Part shown: positions 1-11,100 of the stretch, one piece after another
How the letters are laid out: every line of letters starts with the position of its first letter
How positions within the stretch are numbered: position 1 is the stretch's first letter
Assembly: GCA_040830765.1 (NCBI GenBank)
Contig: JBFOMH010000005.1
Span: 192,001 to 256,000 of the forward strand
Source of the DNA: Puniceicoccaceae bacterium
GTDB lineage: Bacteria; Verrucomicrobiota; Verrucomicrobiia; Opitutales; Oceanipulchritudinaceae
DNA length: 64,000 bases
Direction of reading: 5' to 3'
Notes under the pieces: model-generated
The model's database searches: none
Told to the model about the DNA's origin: nothing
Seen by the model: only the letters and a program-made list of their open reading frames with translations
Translations under genes and position numbers: made by a program

Positions 1-1233
1 CTCCTTGAGTTGAACTATGGTCGTCGCTGGAACCGCCTCTATCGCATGGAGGCGCGCCAGCCCTTGCGTGAAATACCCGGATTCACCTCCTCTGAGCCGC
101 TGGTCCTGCAGGACCCCAGGGCGCTTGCCGGACAGGTGACGCGCAATTTGCGTGGCCGGAACATCGCTGCTGAGGCGGGCGTGGACGGCGACAGCATCCG
201 ACATGGACGCCACCCTAAATGGCCAACCGATCATGTCGAAGCCAGCCCTCGCTCCACCCGTCCGGATGAGCCGCCCTTCCGGGCCAATGGCAACACCTTT
301 GATACAGCCATCGGGGACATCGACAATGACGGAGACTTCGACCTTTTCGTCTCCACCATCATTCATGCCTGGGCCGGGGAATCCTCCGACAAGTCGCGAT
401 TCCTCGTGAACCAGCTCAATGAAACCGGTGAGCTGACCTTTCTCAGCTTCGAGCACCTTTCCGTCGACCGCATCCCTGAATTGCCACCGGCCGGCGAGCC
501 CTTGAGCCTTGTCCATACCCGTTACAACCAAGGGGACATATTCGCGGAGCTAGCCGATCTCAATCACGATGGCCGGCTCGATCTCATCCTCTGCTCCTCC
601 GATTACCCGGACCCGCCTCCCCATGATGAACGGCTGCGCATCTATTTCCAGCAGGAAGACGGGCGCTTTCTCGATGTTACGGCCGAGCTCGGTATCGACC
701 ATGTTGGAGCCGGCATGCCATCGCTCGCCGATATCGATGGTGATGGGGATCTCGATATAGTGGTCGGACAAAGCTTCAATCGCCTCCGGGCTGATCAAAG
801 GCGCGCGGCTGCCATCACTTCCGGCGCCCTTCCGGCGGATGCTCCGGAAACCGCCAAACCGCGTCCATTGGCGCGGTTGTTCCGGAATAACTCCCCCGGC
901 GATCGGCAGTCGCTCATGCTGACCTTACTTGGCGATCCCGACCAAGGAGTGACGCGTTCCGCCTACGGGAGCATTGTCCGTCTGGCCGCGGACCTCGACG
1001 GCGACCCGGAAACCCCGCCAGTAGTCCAGATGCGACAGGTTATGGGTCCTTACGGCCATTCGGGTAAACAGCAGACTACGGCCCTGCACTTCGGACTCGG
1101 GGAAGCGGAATACGCGGAGTGGATCGAAGTCGAATGGGCTGGCTCAAAGGAGGAGCCCGTCAAACTGGAGAAAGTGACCGCCGGGCATTACCTATTGGAC
1201 CAGTCCTCTAACACACTGGAACCTATTAAGTAA
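1..1233 (+). CDS. CRTAC1-like FG-GAP repeat / ASPIC-UnbV protein (5'-truncated by window)
   Basis: Frame open from base 1; FG-GAP/Ca-binding motifs GDIDNDGDFDLFV, ADLNHDGRLDLI, ADIDGDGDLDIVV; C-terminal LHFGLG..IEVEW typical of ASPIC/UnbV. Confidence 0.8.
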   Translation, partial: LLELNYGRRWNRLYRMEARQPLREIPGFTSSEPLVLQDPRALAGQVTRNLRGRNIAAEAGVDGDSIRHGRHPKWPTDHVEASPRSTRPDEPPFRANGNTFDTAIGDIDNDGDFDLFVSTIIHAWAGESSDKSRFLVNQLNETGELTFLSFEHLSVDRIPELPPAGEPLSLVHTRYNQGDIFAELADLNHDGRLDLILCSSDYPDPPPHDERLRIYFQQEDGRFLDVTAELGIDHVGAGMPSLADIDGDGDLDIVVGQSFNRLRADQRRAAAITSGALPADAPETAKPRPLARLFRNNSPGDRQSLMLTLLGDPDQGVTRSAYGSIVRLAADLDGDPETPPVVQMRQVMGPYGHSGKQQTTALHFGLGEAEYAEWIEVEWAGSKEEPVKLEKVTAGHYLLDQSSNTLEPIK

Positions 1234-1234
1234 A

Positions 1235-3277
1235 ATGAAGACCTGCGGCCGCAAGACACCTTGTACTTTTGTAGCGACTATCTCGCTATTCCTGGTAACG
1301 CTTTTCATGCCGGTAATCGGCTGGTCGATGGTTGCTGAAATCGATCTATCTGCCGTCGAGGGAAAGCATCCCCGGATATTAGTAAAGGAGGATGACTTCG
1401 AGAAAATCCGCAACCGCCAATGGGATCCGTTAGGGCAGCGGTATTGGGAATTCATCCACTTCAGCGGAAACAGCATGCTCAAGGAGGAACCGGTCAAGCG
1501 CGAACTGACCGGTTACCGCCTCCTGCAGCAATCCCGCCGGGCCCTCAAGCGCATCCTCACCTGGACTCTTCTCTACCGTGTGGAGGGTGATTCCACGTTC
1601 CGCGACCGGGCCATCGAGGAAATGGAATCCATTGCCGCCTTTACCGACTGGAATCCGCGCCACTACCTGGATGTTGGGGAAATGGCCCTCGCCCTGGCCA
1701 TTGGCACCGATTGGCTCTGGGATGAGCTCACCGAGGACCAGCGGGACCGGTACCTCGATGCCTTGGAAACCAAAGGCATCCTTCCTTCGCTCGACGAGGA
1801 CCATCTCTACAACTGGTGGATTTATTATTACAACAATTGGAATCCGGTCTGCCACTCGGGAATCATCGCCGCCGCCCTGATGATTTCCGAACGCAATCCG
1901 GATCTGGCGGAAAAGGTCATCCAAAGGGCCATCCGGGCCTTTCCGGAAACACTCACTTCCTACCAGCCCGATGGTGCTTATCCGGAAGGGCCAGTCTATT
2001 GGGACTATGGGACCCTTTTCAGCGGAATCGTCCTCAATCTGCTCGACACTGCCTTTGGTACTAAATTCGGGTTGGACGAGGACCCCGCCTTTCGCGCCTC
2101 GGCCACCTTCCGGGCATTGGCAATTACGCCCACCGGAAAGTTCTACAATTACGCCGACTGTTACGAGACGGATCGCTTTGCCATTGTCACGGCCTGGTTT
2201 GCGCGCGAATACGGCAACGCTGCCGCCTATCGGGAAATGCGCCGCGGCCTGTCCTCCCTGCTCGACCGCGATGATTGGGTTGCCGAGGATGCGAGAGGTC
2301 GCCTTCTGCCCATCCTCGCCCTCTGGTATCCCGCGAACATGTCGATGGGTAGCGAGGCCAAGCTCCCGACCACCTGGTTGGGCCGTGGACCCAATCCAGT
2401 CGCCTTTGTCCGCGAAAACTGGGAGGACCCGAACGCCTTTTTTCTCGGTTTCAAGGGGAACGATTGTTCAGTCAGCCATGCCCATATGGATGGAGGCAGT
2501 TTCATCCTCGAGGACGAAGGTGTCCGCTGGGCGGTCGACTTGGGTTCCCAGGCCTATAACAGCCTTGAGAGCACCGGCCTCGGCCTCTGGGACCGCCGGC
2601 AGTATTCGGATCGCTGGCGGGTATTCCGCCTTGGTCCGGAGAGCCACAACATCCTCCTAATCGATGAGCGTCCGCGCAATGCCGATACCAAAGGCGATAT
2701 TGTACACTTTGAGGACAATGGCGACTCCATTCATGGGATTGTCGAGCTGACACCCCTCGTCCCCGGCCAGGCCAAGAGCTACCAACGGCACTTCAAGGTC
2801 CATGACTTCAAAGTTCTGGAAATAGTCGATGAGGTCGTGGAAACCCGTCACCACACCGGACGCCAGGGAACAGCCGCCTCCAGCCTCCGCTGGCGCATGG
2901 CCACCCGGGCAGAGATCACCATAGACGGGGACAGCGCCACCCTCCAGCAGGATGGCAAGACCCTCTACCTGAAAGTGGTTGCTCCCGAAAATTTCACCTT
3001 GCGGGCAACTCCCATTGATGCCCCCCGACGCTGGTGGGATGAGCCCAATCCCGGAGTCTCCGCCATCGACTTGTGGACCCACACTGAACACCTCACCGGC
3101 AACCAGACCATCCGCGTCCTCATGAGCACGGATAAGGAGGCACTTGAAGGTAGTGAGCGCCTTTATGGCGCGACTGGGTCGCGGGATAAACCCGCTCACT
3201 ACAACATCGATACTTCGCGGGATAAACCCGCTCGCTACGTAACTCATACGTCGCGGGATAAACCCGCTCCCAACTGA
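1235..3277 (+). CDS. Secreted heparinase II/III-like polysaccharide lyase; last ~42 codons run through REP repeats
   Basis: Hydrophobic N-terminal signal; motifs NNWNPVC, YPEGPVYWDYG, HAHMDGGSF, HNILLID. Confidence 0.75.
   Translation: MKTCGRKTPCTFVATISLFLVTLFMPVIGWSMVAEIDLSAVEGKHPRILVKEDDFEKIRNRQWDPLGQRYWEFIHFSGNSMLKEEPVKRELTGYRLLQQSRRALKRILTWTLLYRVEGDSTFRDRAIEEMESIAAFTDWNPRHYLDVGEMALALAIGTDWLWDELTEDQRDRYLDALETKGILPSLDEDHLYNWWIYYYNNWNPVCHSGIIAAALMISERNPDLAEKVIQRAIRAFPETLTSYQPDGAYPEGPVYWDYGTLFSGIVLNLLDTAFGTKFGLDEDPAFRASATFRALAITPTGKFYNYADCYETDRFAIVTAWFAREYGNAAAYREMRRGLSSLLDRDDWVAEDARGRLLPILALWYPANMSMGSEAKLPTTWLGRGPNPVAFVRENWEDPNAFFLGFKGNDCSVSHAHMDGGSFILEDEGVRWAVDLGSQAYNSLESTGLGLWDRRQYSDRWRVFRLGPESHNILLIDERPRNADTKGDIVHFEDNGDSIHGIVELTPLVPGQAKSYQRHFKVHDFKVLEIVDEVVETRHHTGRQGTAASSLRWRMATRAEITIDGDSATLQQDGKTLYLKVVAPENFTLRATPIDAPRRWWDEPNPGVSAIDLWTHTEHLTGNQTIRVLMSTDKEALEGSERLYGATGSRDKPAHYNIDTSRDKPARYVTHTSRDKPAPN
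3150..3274. repeat. REP family A cluster (GTAG-foot hairpins), 4 copies inside the lyase 3' end
   Basis: GTAGTGAGCGCCTTTATGGCGCGA at 3150-3173, then TCGCGGGATAAACCCGCTC(A/G/C)C(T/A)AC at 3179, 3215 and 3251 (36-bp period). Confidence 0.9.
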
Positions 3278-3287
3278 ATTTATTCCA

Positions 3288-5594
3288 ATGAACATTAACG
3301 AAGCACTCTCCCGTATCGACTCCATCACGACGCTCCATCCGGACATTCCGGTCGAGCAGACAACCGCCGACTTCCTTAAGGGACACTGTGGCAGCAATGT
3401 CGCTGATTCCGGAACCACTCTGAAAATAGGCGTCCTCAACAAGGACGAAGCGGCACAGATTGATTCCCGCCTCGAGTCCATTGAGGAATGGCGTTACATC
3501 TGCGTCTCGGACAATGGAGACATTGAACTCTATGCCTCTCATACCTGGTTCCTTTACCGCCTCGCCAGCCAACTGGTTGAAGACTGGAAACAGCGGGATG
3601 TAGCCGACTTCCGCGAGGGCCTGATCCTGGAGGCCGCCTTCAAGCACCTCCGTCCGGCCTATGATTCCCTCCTCAACAACCATGCCCGGACCGCCAAGGG
3701 CTTTGATCCGGAGGACCATATTCGGGAAATGGCCCGGCTGGGATTCACTCATGTCGAGGTCAATGGGCTCGCCGCCACATTCCCCTACGAGCAAGCCGCT
3801 CCGGATGAGCTCCTCTATCGCTTCTATACTTACTGCGCCGCCCTGGACCAGTTTGTCTACAGCAAGCTGAACAAGGGTATCTACCCTTACGAGTATCTCC
3901 GGGCCAATCTCAACCGGCTCAAGCAATCAGCCCAGCTGGCGGAGAAATATGGTCTGCGTGCCGGCATCCTCTCCTTTGAGCCACGGAGCGTTCCGGATCA
4001 GTTACTGGAGCGCTACCCCATGCTCCGCGGGGCCCGGGTCGACCATCCCCTGCGCTCCTTCCGTCCGCGCTACAACCTGACCACCGCCCACCCTGTCGTG
4101 CTCGACCACTACAGCGAGATGCTGGAGAAGATCCTTCGCGAGGCTCCAAACATCGATTACATGGTCATTTGGTCCAATGACAGCGGGGCCGGATTTGAAT
4201 ATACCAGTTCGCTCTACGTCGGGCGAAATGGCGGCGGCTACGTCATCCGCGAATTCAAGGGCGATGACGCCATCGCCCGGGCGGCCGCCGCCAACATGAT
4301 GCGTTTCATGAAGACCATCCGGGATGCCGGTCGCCGGGTGAATCCCAATTTCTTTTCCGTCCTCCGCAGCGAAATGTTCTGGGTCGAGGATCCCTACATC
4401 CGGGAGGAACTGGAAGAAGGCGTTGACCTCGAGGTCAACTCGCTCGTCGCCCAGGGCTTTGACCTCGGGTATCAGCATCCCAAATACGACTGGGCTGACG
4501 ACTTTAACTTCTGCGGCCTCTTCAACCAGTGTTCCGACGAGGAAAGCGTGGCCCGGGAGGAAGTGGAGGCCTGCGGCTCCAACGCCCACCTCTTTTTCAG
4601 CCCCGGCACCTTCTGGAACATGGAGCCCATCCTCGCACCGGTCTATCCACGACTGTTGCATGAACGGTTGAGTGCCCTCCACAAGCAGGGATTCTCCCAT
4701 GCCGCCAGCCTTACCGGAACCATGGCCTCCGAGCTGGCTCCATGGAATATCAACCAGGAAGTGCTCCGCGCCTTCCAGAATGATGCCGGAATGGATCTGA
4801 ATGCGCTCCTCCAACAGCGGGCCAGCGACTGGGTCGGCCCGGAGGAGTCGGATAACCTTGTCACCATCTGGAACCATGCCGATGAGGCCTATCGCTGCTA
4901 TCCGCCGCCGGTAAGTGTCCTTTCCATGTGGAGCACGTGGTACCGCATCCTTGTCCGCCCCTTTGTTCCCAATTTTGAGGCCCTCAGCGTGGAAGACCGC
5001 TCCTTCTACGAGGACTTCCACCTTGGGCATGCCAACAATCGGGTCCGGGTCGATTTCCGGCGCGAGGTCAATTTCGACTTCTGTCCGCCCGATTACGGAA
5101 CCAAGTGCCGCGAAGCCATTACCGGGAATGTCTATCCGGAAATCAAGGCGGCCGTTGAACTGGCCAAGGCCCGCCGCGACGCCACCGACCCGGATTCACC
5201 CGCCCACAAGGTCTTCAGCGACCTCTACAAACGCCTATACGGCGCACAGTGCTGGTTCCGGACCCAGCGCAATGTGGCCGGCTGGATCGAGGGCGTTCAC
5301 GGTTACATGGAAGCGGAGGACGACTCCACCAAGAAGAAGTGCCGTGCCCTCACCCGGGAGATTATCCTCGATGAAAAGGAGAATGCCTCCGACCTCCTCC
5401 AGCTTGTCGAATCCGAGGGGACCGACTGGATGCTCGCCTCCGCCGTTGGCGAAACCACCTTCATCTACGGGGAAAACTTTCCCGAGCTCCTGCGCCGCAA
5501 GATTGAGCTCATGGAAGGCCGGGAGGATGACGAGCCCTTCGTCGATCCCGACTTCATGTGGCGCGTCCCGGGCATCAACCATCCCAAGGAATAG
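3288..5594 (+). CDS. Hypothetical 768-aa protein, possibly an unclassified glycoside hydrolase
   Basis: Long ORF with coding-like composition in an operon between carbohydrate enzymes; no obvious signal peptide or diagnostic motif. Confidence 0.55.
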   Translation: MNINEALSRIDSITTLHPDIPVEQTTADFLKGHCGSNVADSGTTLKIGVLNKDEAAQIDSRLESIEEWRYICVSDNGDIELYASHTWFLYRLASQLVEDWKQRDVADFREGLILEAAFKHLRPAYDSLLNNHARTAKGFDPEDHIREMARLGFTHVEVNGLAATFPYEQAAPDELLYRFYTYCAALDQFVYSKLNKGIYPYEYLRANLNRLKQSAQLAEKYGLRAGILSFEPRSVPDQLLERYPMLRGARVDHPLRSFRPRYNLTTAHPVVLDHYSEMLEKILREAPNIDYMVIWSNDSGAGFEYTSSLYVGRNGGGYVIREFKGDDAIARAAAANMMRFMKTIRDAGRRVNPNFFSVLRSEMFWVEDPYIREELEEGVDLEVNSLVAQGFDLGYQHPKYDWADDFNFCGLFNQCSDEESVAREEVEACGSNAHLFFSPGTFWNMEPILAPVYPRLLHERLSALHKQGFSHAASLTGTMASELAPWNINQEVLRAFQNDAGMDLNALLQQRASDWVGPEESDNLVTIWNHADEAYRCYPPPVSVLSMWSTWYRILVRPFVPNFEALSVEDRSFYEDFHLGHANNRVRVDFRREVNFDFCPPDYGTKCREAITGNVYPEIKAAVELAKARRDATDPDSPAHKVFSDLYKRLYGAQCWFRTQRNVAGWIEGVHGYMEAEDDSTKKKCRALTREIILDEKENASDLLQLVESEGTDWMLASAVGETTFIYGENFPELLRRKIELMEGREDDEPFVDPDFMWRVPGINHPKE

Positions 5595-5602
5595 CATTGC
5601 CT

Positions 5603-7831
5603 ATGCCTTCCCCGCAATCCGGCCCCCGTTCCAGTCGTGTCGAGATGGTCAACGGCCGCCCGATGATCATCATCAACGGGGAACCGGTTTATCCGATGAT
5701 CCATTCCCTCACGGATGTCCCTTCCGGCCGTTGGTCGTGGGAGGAACTTCCCCAGCATAATATCCGCAACTTCGGCCAGGCCGGAATCCGGTTGTTCCAA
5801 CTCGACATTTCCCTCGAACATATCTGGACGGCGCCAGACAAGTGGGACCTGACCCCTGCCCGGAAGCAGGTTGCCGGCGTCCTCGAGGTTTGCCCGGAAG
5901 CATCCGTCATTTTCCGCTTTCATGTTCGGGCCCCACGGTGGTGGTTAAAAGCCCACCCGGAAGAATGGGTCGTCTACGCCGATACCGATTACAAGGAGGA
6001 ACAGGCATACCAACTCCTCCGCATCATCGAGCATGACAACAACCCCGTCCGCCGGGTCAGTATGGCCTCCCGCAAATGGCGCGAGGCCATCACCAAGAAG
6101 TTTCAGCAGTTCCTCAATGAATTTGCTGCAACTCTCGAGGGAGATGCCCTTGCCGGGATCCAAGTCGCCAATGGCGTCTATGGGGAATGGCACAACTGGG
6201 GCTTCTTTGACAACGAGCCGGATGTCAGTGAGCCGATGAATGTCGCCTTCCGGGAATGGCTAAGGGACAAGTACGGCAGCGATGCGGCACTGCAATCGGC
6301 ATGGAACGATCCTCAAGCCAGCTTTGATAAAGCCACCACACCCGACATGACCGAGCGTCAGACCGAAGGAATCCTGCGTGACCCGCAAAAGGAACGTCCA
6401 GTCATCGATTACTACGCGTGCATGCATCAGGTCGTGGCAGACAATATTATCCACTTTGCCGGCATCGTTAAGGCCCACTGGCCGCGTCCGATCATCACGG
6501 GCACCTTCTACGGCTACTACTTTTCCACCTTCGGCCGGCAGGCCGCCGGAGGCCACCTCCAGCTACAGCGCATCCTCAAGGCGGACTGCATCGATTACCT
6601 GTCCGGTCCACAGGCCTACGAACCGGAAGCCATCGAGCTCGGTGAAGTCTATCGTTCCCGCAGCCTGATTCTTTCCATGCGGCTGCACGGGAAGCTATGG
6701 CTGGATGAGATGGATGTGGAGCCGAAGATTCCCATCCTCAAGGACGAGGATTACGAGGAACGCGTACAGCAGAGCGTGGCCGACGTCCGTCGGAACACCG
6801 CTTTCACCTACACCAAGGGAATGGGCCTCTGGTACTACGACTTCAACATTTCCGGCGTCGATCTCGACGGCTATTGCCACTTCCTCTCCGGCAGCCAGGG
6901 CAACTGGGACCATCCCGTCGTCATGGACCAGATCCGTCAGATGCAGGAACTCTTTCAGGAACGAGCGCTTGCTGAACCCTATACCAGTGAGGCGGATGTA
7001 TTATTCGTCTTCGATACCGACAGCCTCTACTACTCGGCAAGCCTGGTCGGTGCGGATCCGGTTACTCCGACCTTGATCGACTACTGCACCCTCGCCGCCT
7101 TTCGCAGCGGGACTATCTTTGATCCCGTCCACCTGGATGATCTGCCCCTGGTCGACCTCGATCATTACAAGACCGTTGTATTTGGAAATACCTACGTCCT
7201 CACCAAAGAGGAGCGAGAGTTTATCCACGAGAAGGTCGCCAAGAACGGACGCCATTTAATTTGGTTTCACGCCCCGGGATATATTGATGAGACGAGCGGA
7301 TGTGCTGATACTGCATTCACGTCCTTCCTCACTGGCATGGATTTGAAGGTCTTAACGCCGGATCAAGTCCCGGTCATCCGCGGGCAGCTTGATGACAATG
7401 AACCGTTCGAGTACCGCCTTGGCGACAAACCCCTCCACCCCTTGCTGGCGGTCAATGATCCGGAGGCGGAATCCGTGGCCCGATTTGCCGCTACCGGGGA
7501 TTGCGCCATCGCCCGGAAACGCTTCCCCGACCATACCAGCTGGTTTGTCAGCCTCCCGGGCAGGGAAAGGGAGCCGCTATGTTCGATTCTCCGGGCCACC
7601 GGGGCACATGTCTATGGCCATTCGGACGCCTTCTTTTATGGCGGAGGCGGTATCCTTGTCCTCCATACCCTTACCGGCGGCAGTAAGACTGTGATATTAC
7701 GGAGCGGAAACTCCTTAAATCTGGACCTGCCCGATGGTCCCGCCACACTCCTCTTGGATGCTCGGTCGGGAGATGATTTAATGAACAATTGTTCACCTAA
7801 AATGGGTAATGTCCTTGAAATTTACCCATGA
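5603..7831 (+). CDS. Beta-galactosidase-like (GH42-related) TIM-barrel hydrolase
   Basis: GVYGEWHNWG, FREWLRDKYGSDAALQSAWN and LWLDEMD segments plus a C-terminal trimerisation-like domain; ATG 5603 preferred over GTG 5558. Confidence 0.6.
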   Translation: MPSPQSGPRSSRVEMVNGRPMIIINGEPVYPMIHSLTDVPSGRWSWEELPQHNIRNFGQAGIRLFQLDISLEHIWTAPDKWDLTPARKQVAGVLEVCPEASVIFRFHVRAPRWWLKAHPEEWVVYADTDYKEEQAYQLLRIIEHDNNPVRRVSMASRKWREAITKKFQQFLNEFAATLEGDALAGIQVANGVYGEWHNWGFFDNEPDVSEPMNVAFREWLRDKYGSDAALQSAWNDPQASFDKATTPDMTERQTEGILRDPQKERPVIDYYACMHQVVADNIIHFAGIVKAHWPRPIITGTFYGYYFSTFGRQAAGGHLQLQRILKADCIDYLSGPQAYEPEAIELGEVYRSRSLILSMRLHGKLWLDEMDVEPKIPILKDEDYEERVQQSVADVRRNTAFTYTKGMGLWYYDFNISGVDLDGYCHFLSGSQGNWDHPVVMDQIRQMQELFQERALAEPYTSEADVLFVFDTDSLYYSASLVGADPVTPTLIDYCTLAAFRSGTIFDPVHLDDLPLVDLDHYKTVVFGNTYVLTKEEREFIHEKVAKNGRHLIWFHAPGYIDETSGCADTAFTSFLTGMDLKVLTPDQVPVIRGQLDDNEPFEYRLGDKPLHPLLAVNDPEAESVARFAATGDCAIARKRFPDHTSWFVSLPGREREPLCSILRATGAHVYGHSDAFFYGGGGILVLHTLTGGSKTVILRSGNSLNLDLPDGPATLLLDARSGDDLMNNCSPKMGNVLEIYP

Positions 7832-8175
7832 AAGGCCCCAGGACGGCTGTTTTACAGGCGGTGCTTTACTGGAAAACACAATTCTGATGGCTCGAAAAAC
7901 CTCCTCTCGCGATACTCATGCCACTCCGTATTTTGATGACCAAAAACAAGCTATCTCTCCCTCAAAGCCTGCTCATCAGCCTGCAACCCTATCGCTCTTT
8001 TAAACCCGTGTTTCCATTCGGGAAAATATACAGCCAAACCCACACCAAACAAGCATTGGACAAGAATCCAGTTTTTTGCTAGATCATCCATCTAGTATTG
8101 AGCGTGCATACTCCTTTCAATACACACTGCATTACAAACAAACCTCGAACACATAATCCAAAAAATCGAATGATT

Positions 8176-11100
8176 ATGAAAAAACACTACAGACTACTAT
8201 GGCTTACGCTTCCTCTGGCGTGTATTCCGTTTACCGGTACATACGCCCAGGATGCCGAAGACGAAGACGTCTTCGATCTGTCCCCCTTCGTCGTCACAGG
8301 TGATGACGATATTGGTTATCAGGCCACCAGCACTCTTGCCGGTTCCCGCCTGAAGACATCCCTCCGCGACATCGGTACCTCCATTTCCATTGTGAATGAG
8401 GAACTGTTGCAGGATACGGGCTCCACAGACCTTGAGGATGTTCTCGTCCTGACCCCTAACTCCGAAGTCGCTGGATTGGGCGGTAACTTTTCCGCTACCC
8501 AGTATGCCGGCCAAGGGAACATCATCCCTGAAGGCAGTCGTGACAATCCGTCTGGCGGATTCACACGTGTCCGTGGTCTGGCAGCAGCTGACCTGACGAG
8601 AAACCTCTTCCAGACCGACGTTCCGTTTGATACCTTCAACACGGATCGTATCGACGTCCAGCGCGGACCCAACTCCGCTCTGTTCGGTCTCGGGAATCCG
8701 GGTGGTATCGTCAATGCGACGACGGTCCGGGCAAACTTCCTCAAGAATGCCGGACGCTTCCGGCTGGAAGCCGATCAGCATGGCACCATGCGGGGATCCT
8801 TCCGCTACAATCTGGTTCCGATTGAGGACCGCTTGGCTGTCTTTGTAGCTGGCCTGCATGAATCGACCGAGTACGAGCAAAAGCAGGCCTACTCGGATGA
8901 TGAACGCATCTATCTCTCCGGTGTCTTGAAGATCACCGACGATATTCGTGTTCACGCCAGTGTTGAATCCGGTAAGATCCGGTCCACCAAGCCCGACTTC
9001 ATCCCGCCGAATGATGGTATTACGCCATGGTTGCTGGCTGGCAAACCAACGGTTGCCAACCCGGTAGACGGGGCGGCGTTGTTCCGTGGTACGGGAGACT
9101 TTTTCCCGCCCTCTGCCAACAACTCCACCAACAGCCGTCTGCTTGGCCTGAATAGCACCTCAAGTGGTTTGATTTATTTCTACCACGACACCAACAACCC
9201 GGATCCAACATTTGTTGGAACAGGCTTTGTCCGCAGAGGTCGAGGCACCCCGGGTGACGTGGAGTTCATGCTGCCGCGGGTCCGTCCGATGATCCGGACG
9301 ATGAAGCTGACCGGTGGTTACTTCCCCGGCGATACCAGCCAGTCGGTCCCCTTGAACGAGGTCGGATTCTGGAGCCGTGGCTTTGTTGACTACCAGATCC
9401 TCGACCGGAGCATCTTCGACTACCGGAAGAACCTCTTCTCCTCAGCCAGTTCGCAGGGAGTCGACTTCACGGCCATAGAAGGTTCAATTGAAGGCAACTG
9501 GTTGGACAACCGGCTTGGTATTGAACTCGCCGCTTATGACCAGGACTTCTCCTCATGGGGCAACAATATGCTTCAGGGCATCGAAGAACGGACGATCTTC
9601 ATCGATATGAACCAGTCCCTGATGGCACAGGATGCCAGCGGAAACTGGCTCCCCAATCCAAACTTCGGACAGCCCACAATGGGTGGTCGCTACGGTGGTA
9701 ATGACTTGTACACCAACCGCCAAACCCTCCGGGCAACTGCCTATGCTGAGATTGCCGCCGAAGACTTCATGAAGGAAGACAGCTGGCTCACGCGTCTTCT
9801 CGGCCGCTTCCGGGGAACCGCAAATTACACGGACCGGGAAATCGAATCCGGCCAGGCCTATGATGGTGAAAACGGGGTTAATCCGGAACATGTCGCAGCT
9901 GCCCTGGGCAACGGTGACGTAACCGTCTGGAACCACCGGGCCGACTTCCGCAAGGGCATGAGCTTCGCCCTCCCGCACGTGGGAACCGGTAGCTATGACC
10001 TTCTCGGAGCGACCTCCCTCAGCGACCTGTCGGGTATCAATATCAAAGCGCCGACCTTTGGCAGGCAGCGCGACAGGCCAGTCTCCCCGACCAACGCGGT
10101 TGGCTGGAACTGGCAAAACGCTCGCTTCCAAAGCTTTGAGACCGAAGTCTACCGACTCCGCGAAAATGACAACTACTGGACGACTTTCTTCACGGACAAG
10201 TCCAAGACCGAGATTGAATCCAAGATCCTTCTCGGCCAGTGGTGGATCTGGGACGACACGATTGTCCTCCTTGGTAGCTGGCGTAATGACCAGTCCAAGA
10301 GGGGCTCAGTCAGTGCTCCGAATATCCGTGCTCTGAATGCAGCCGGAGAAGAAAGGGCCTTGAACCGTCCCCGGAATACCCGGGATCCCGCATTTGTTGC
10401 CGGACCAAAGGACCTGCAGACAAACGCCGACGCCGACTCCAAGGCCTGGAGCATTGTCATCCACACACCGGAGTTCATTCGTAAAATGCTGCCGGCAGGA
10501 ACAGACTTCTCCATCTACCGGAGCAAGTCGGACAACTTCCAGCCGTCCTCCAGCAACGTCAATATCTTCAATGAGCCAACCCCTGCTGAAGGTGGTGAAA
10601 CTGTTGAAGAAGGTTTCATTCTGACAACGCTGGACGGCAAACTGAATGCCCGTGTGAACTGGTTTGAAACCAGCGCCGTCAATGACCGTGTCGAAAACAG
10701 CTCGGTCAACTCCTATGCCGGTATTCTCGTCGACTTGGTCGAAGGGACAGTCAACCCGGACAACATTGCCAACGGATGGACCGTTGCTGATGCACAGGCC
10801 GTCTTGCCGCCGCAAGGGGTACAGGACGTCAGTGGTTTCCAGCCGGACTGGGCCAATGGCACCGCAGTGGAAGCCCGTTCTTCCAATGACACCGCGACTC
10901 AGGACTACACCGCGGAAGGTGTGGAAATCGAAATTTCCTACAATCCGACCCCGCAGTGGACGCTGCTCCTGACCCTCGCCCAACAGGAAACGGTGACCTC
11001 CAATGTCTATCCGACGGTCAACCAGTTCGTGGACGACTTCGTCGAGCCGGTCTGGGTGAACTCGCCCTTCGCCCAGAGCTTCATCATTAATCCGGATACC

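Noticed and set aside
3179..3274. CRISPR-like repeat-spacer pattern (24-bp repeat, 12-bp spacers)
   Set aside because: Spacers are far too short, there are no cas genes, and the same unit occurs dispersed as inverted REP pairs at 15138 and 53274
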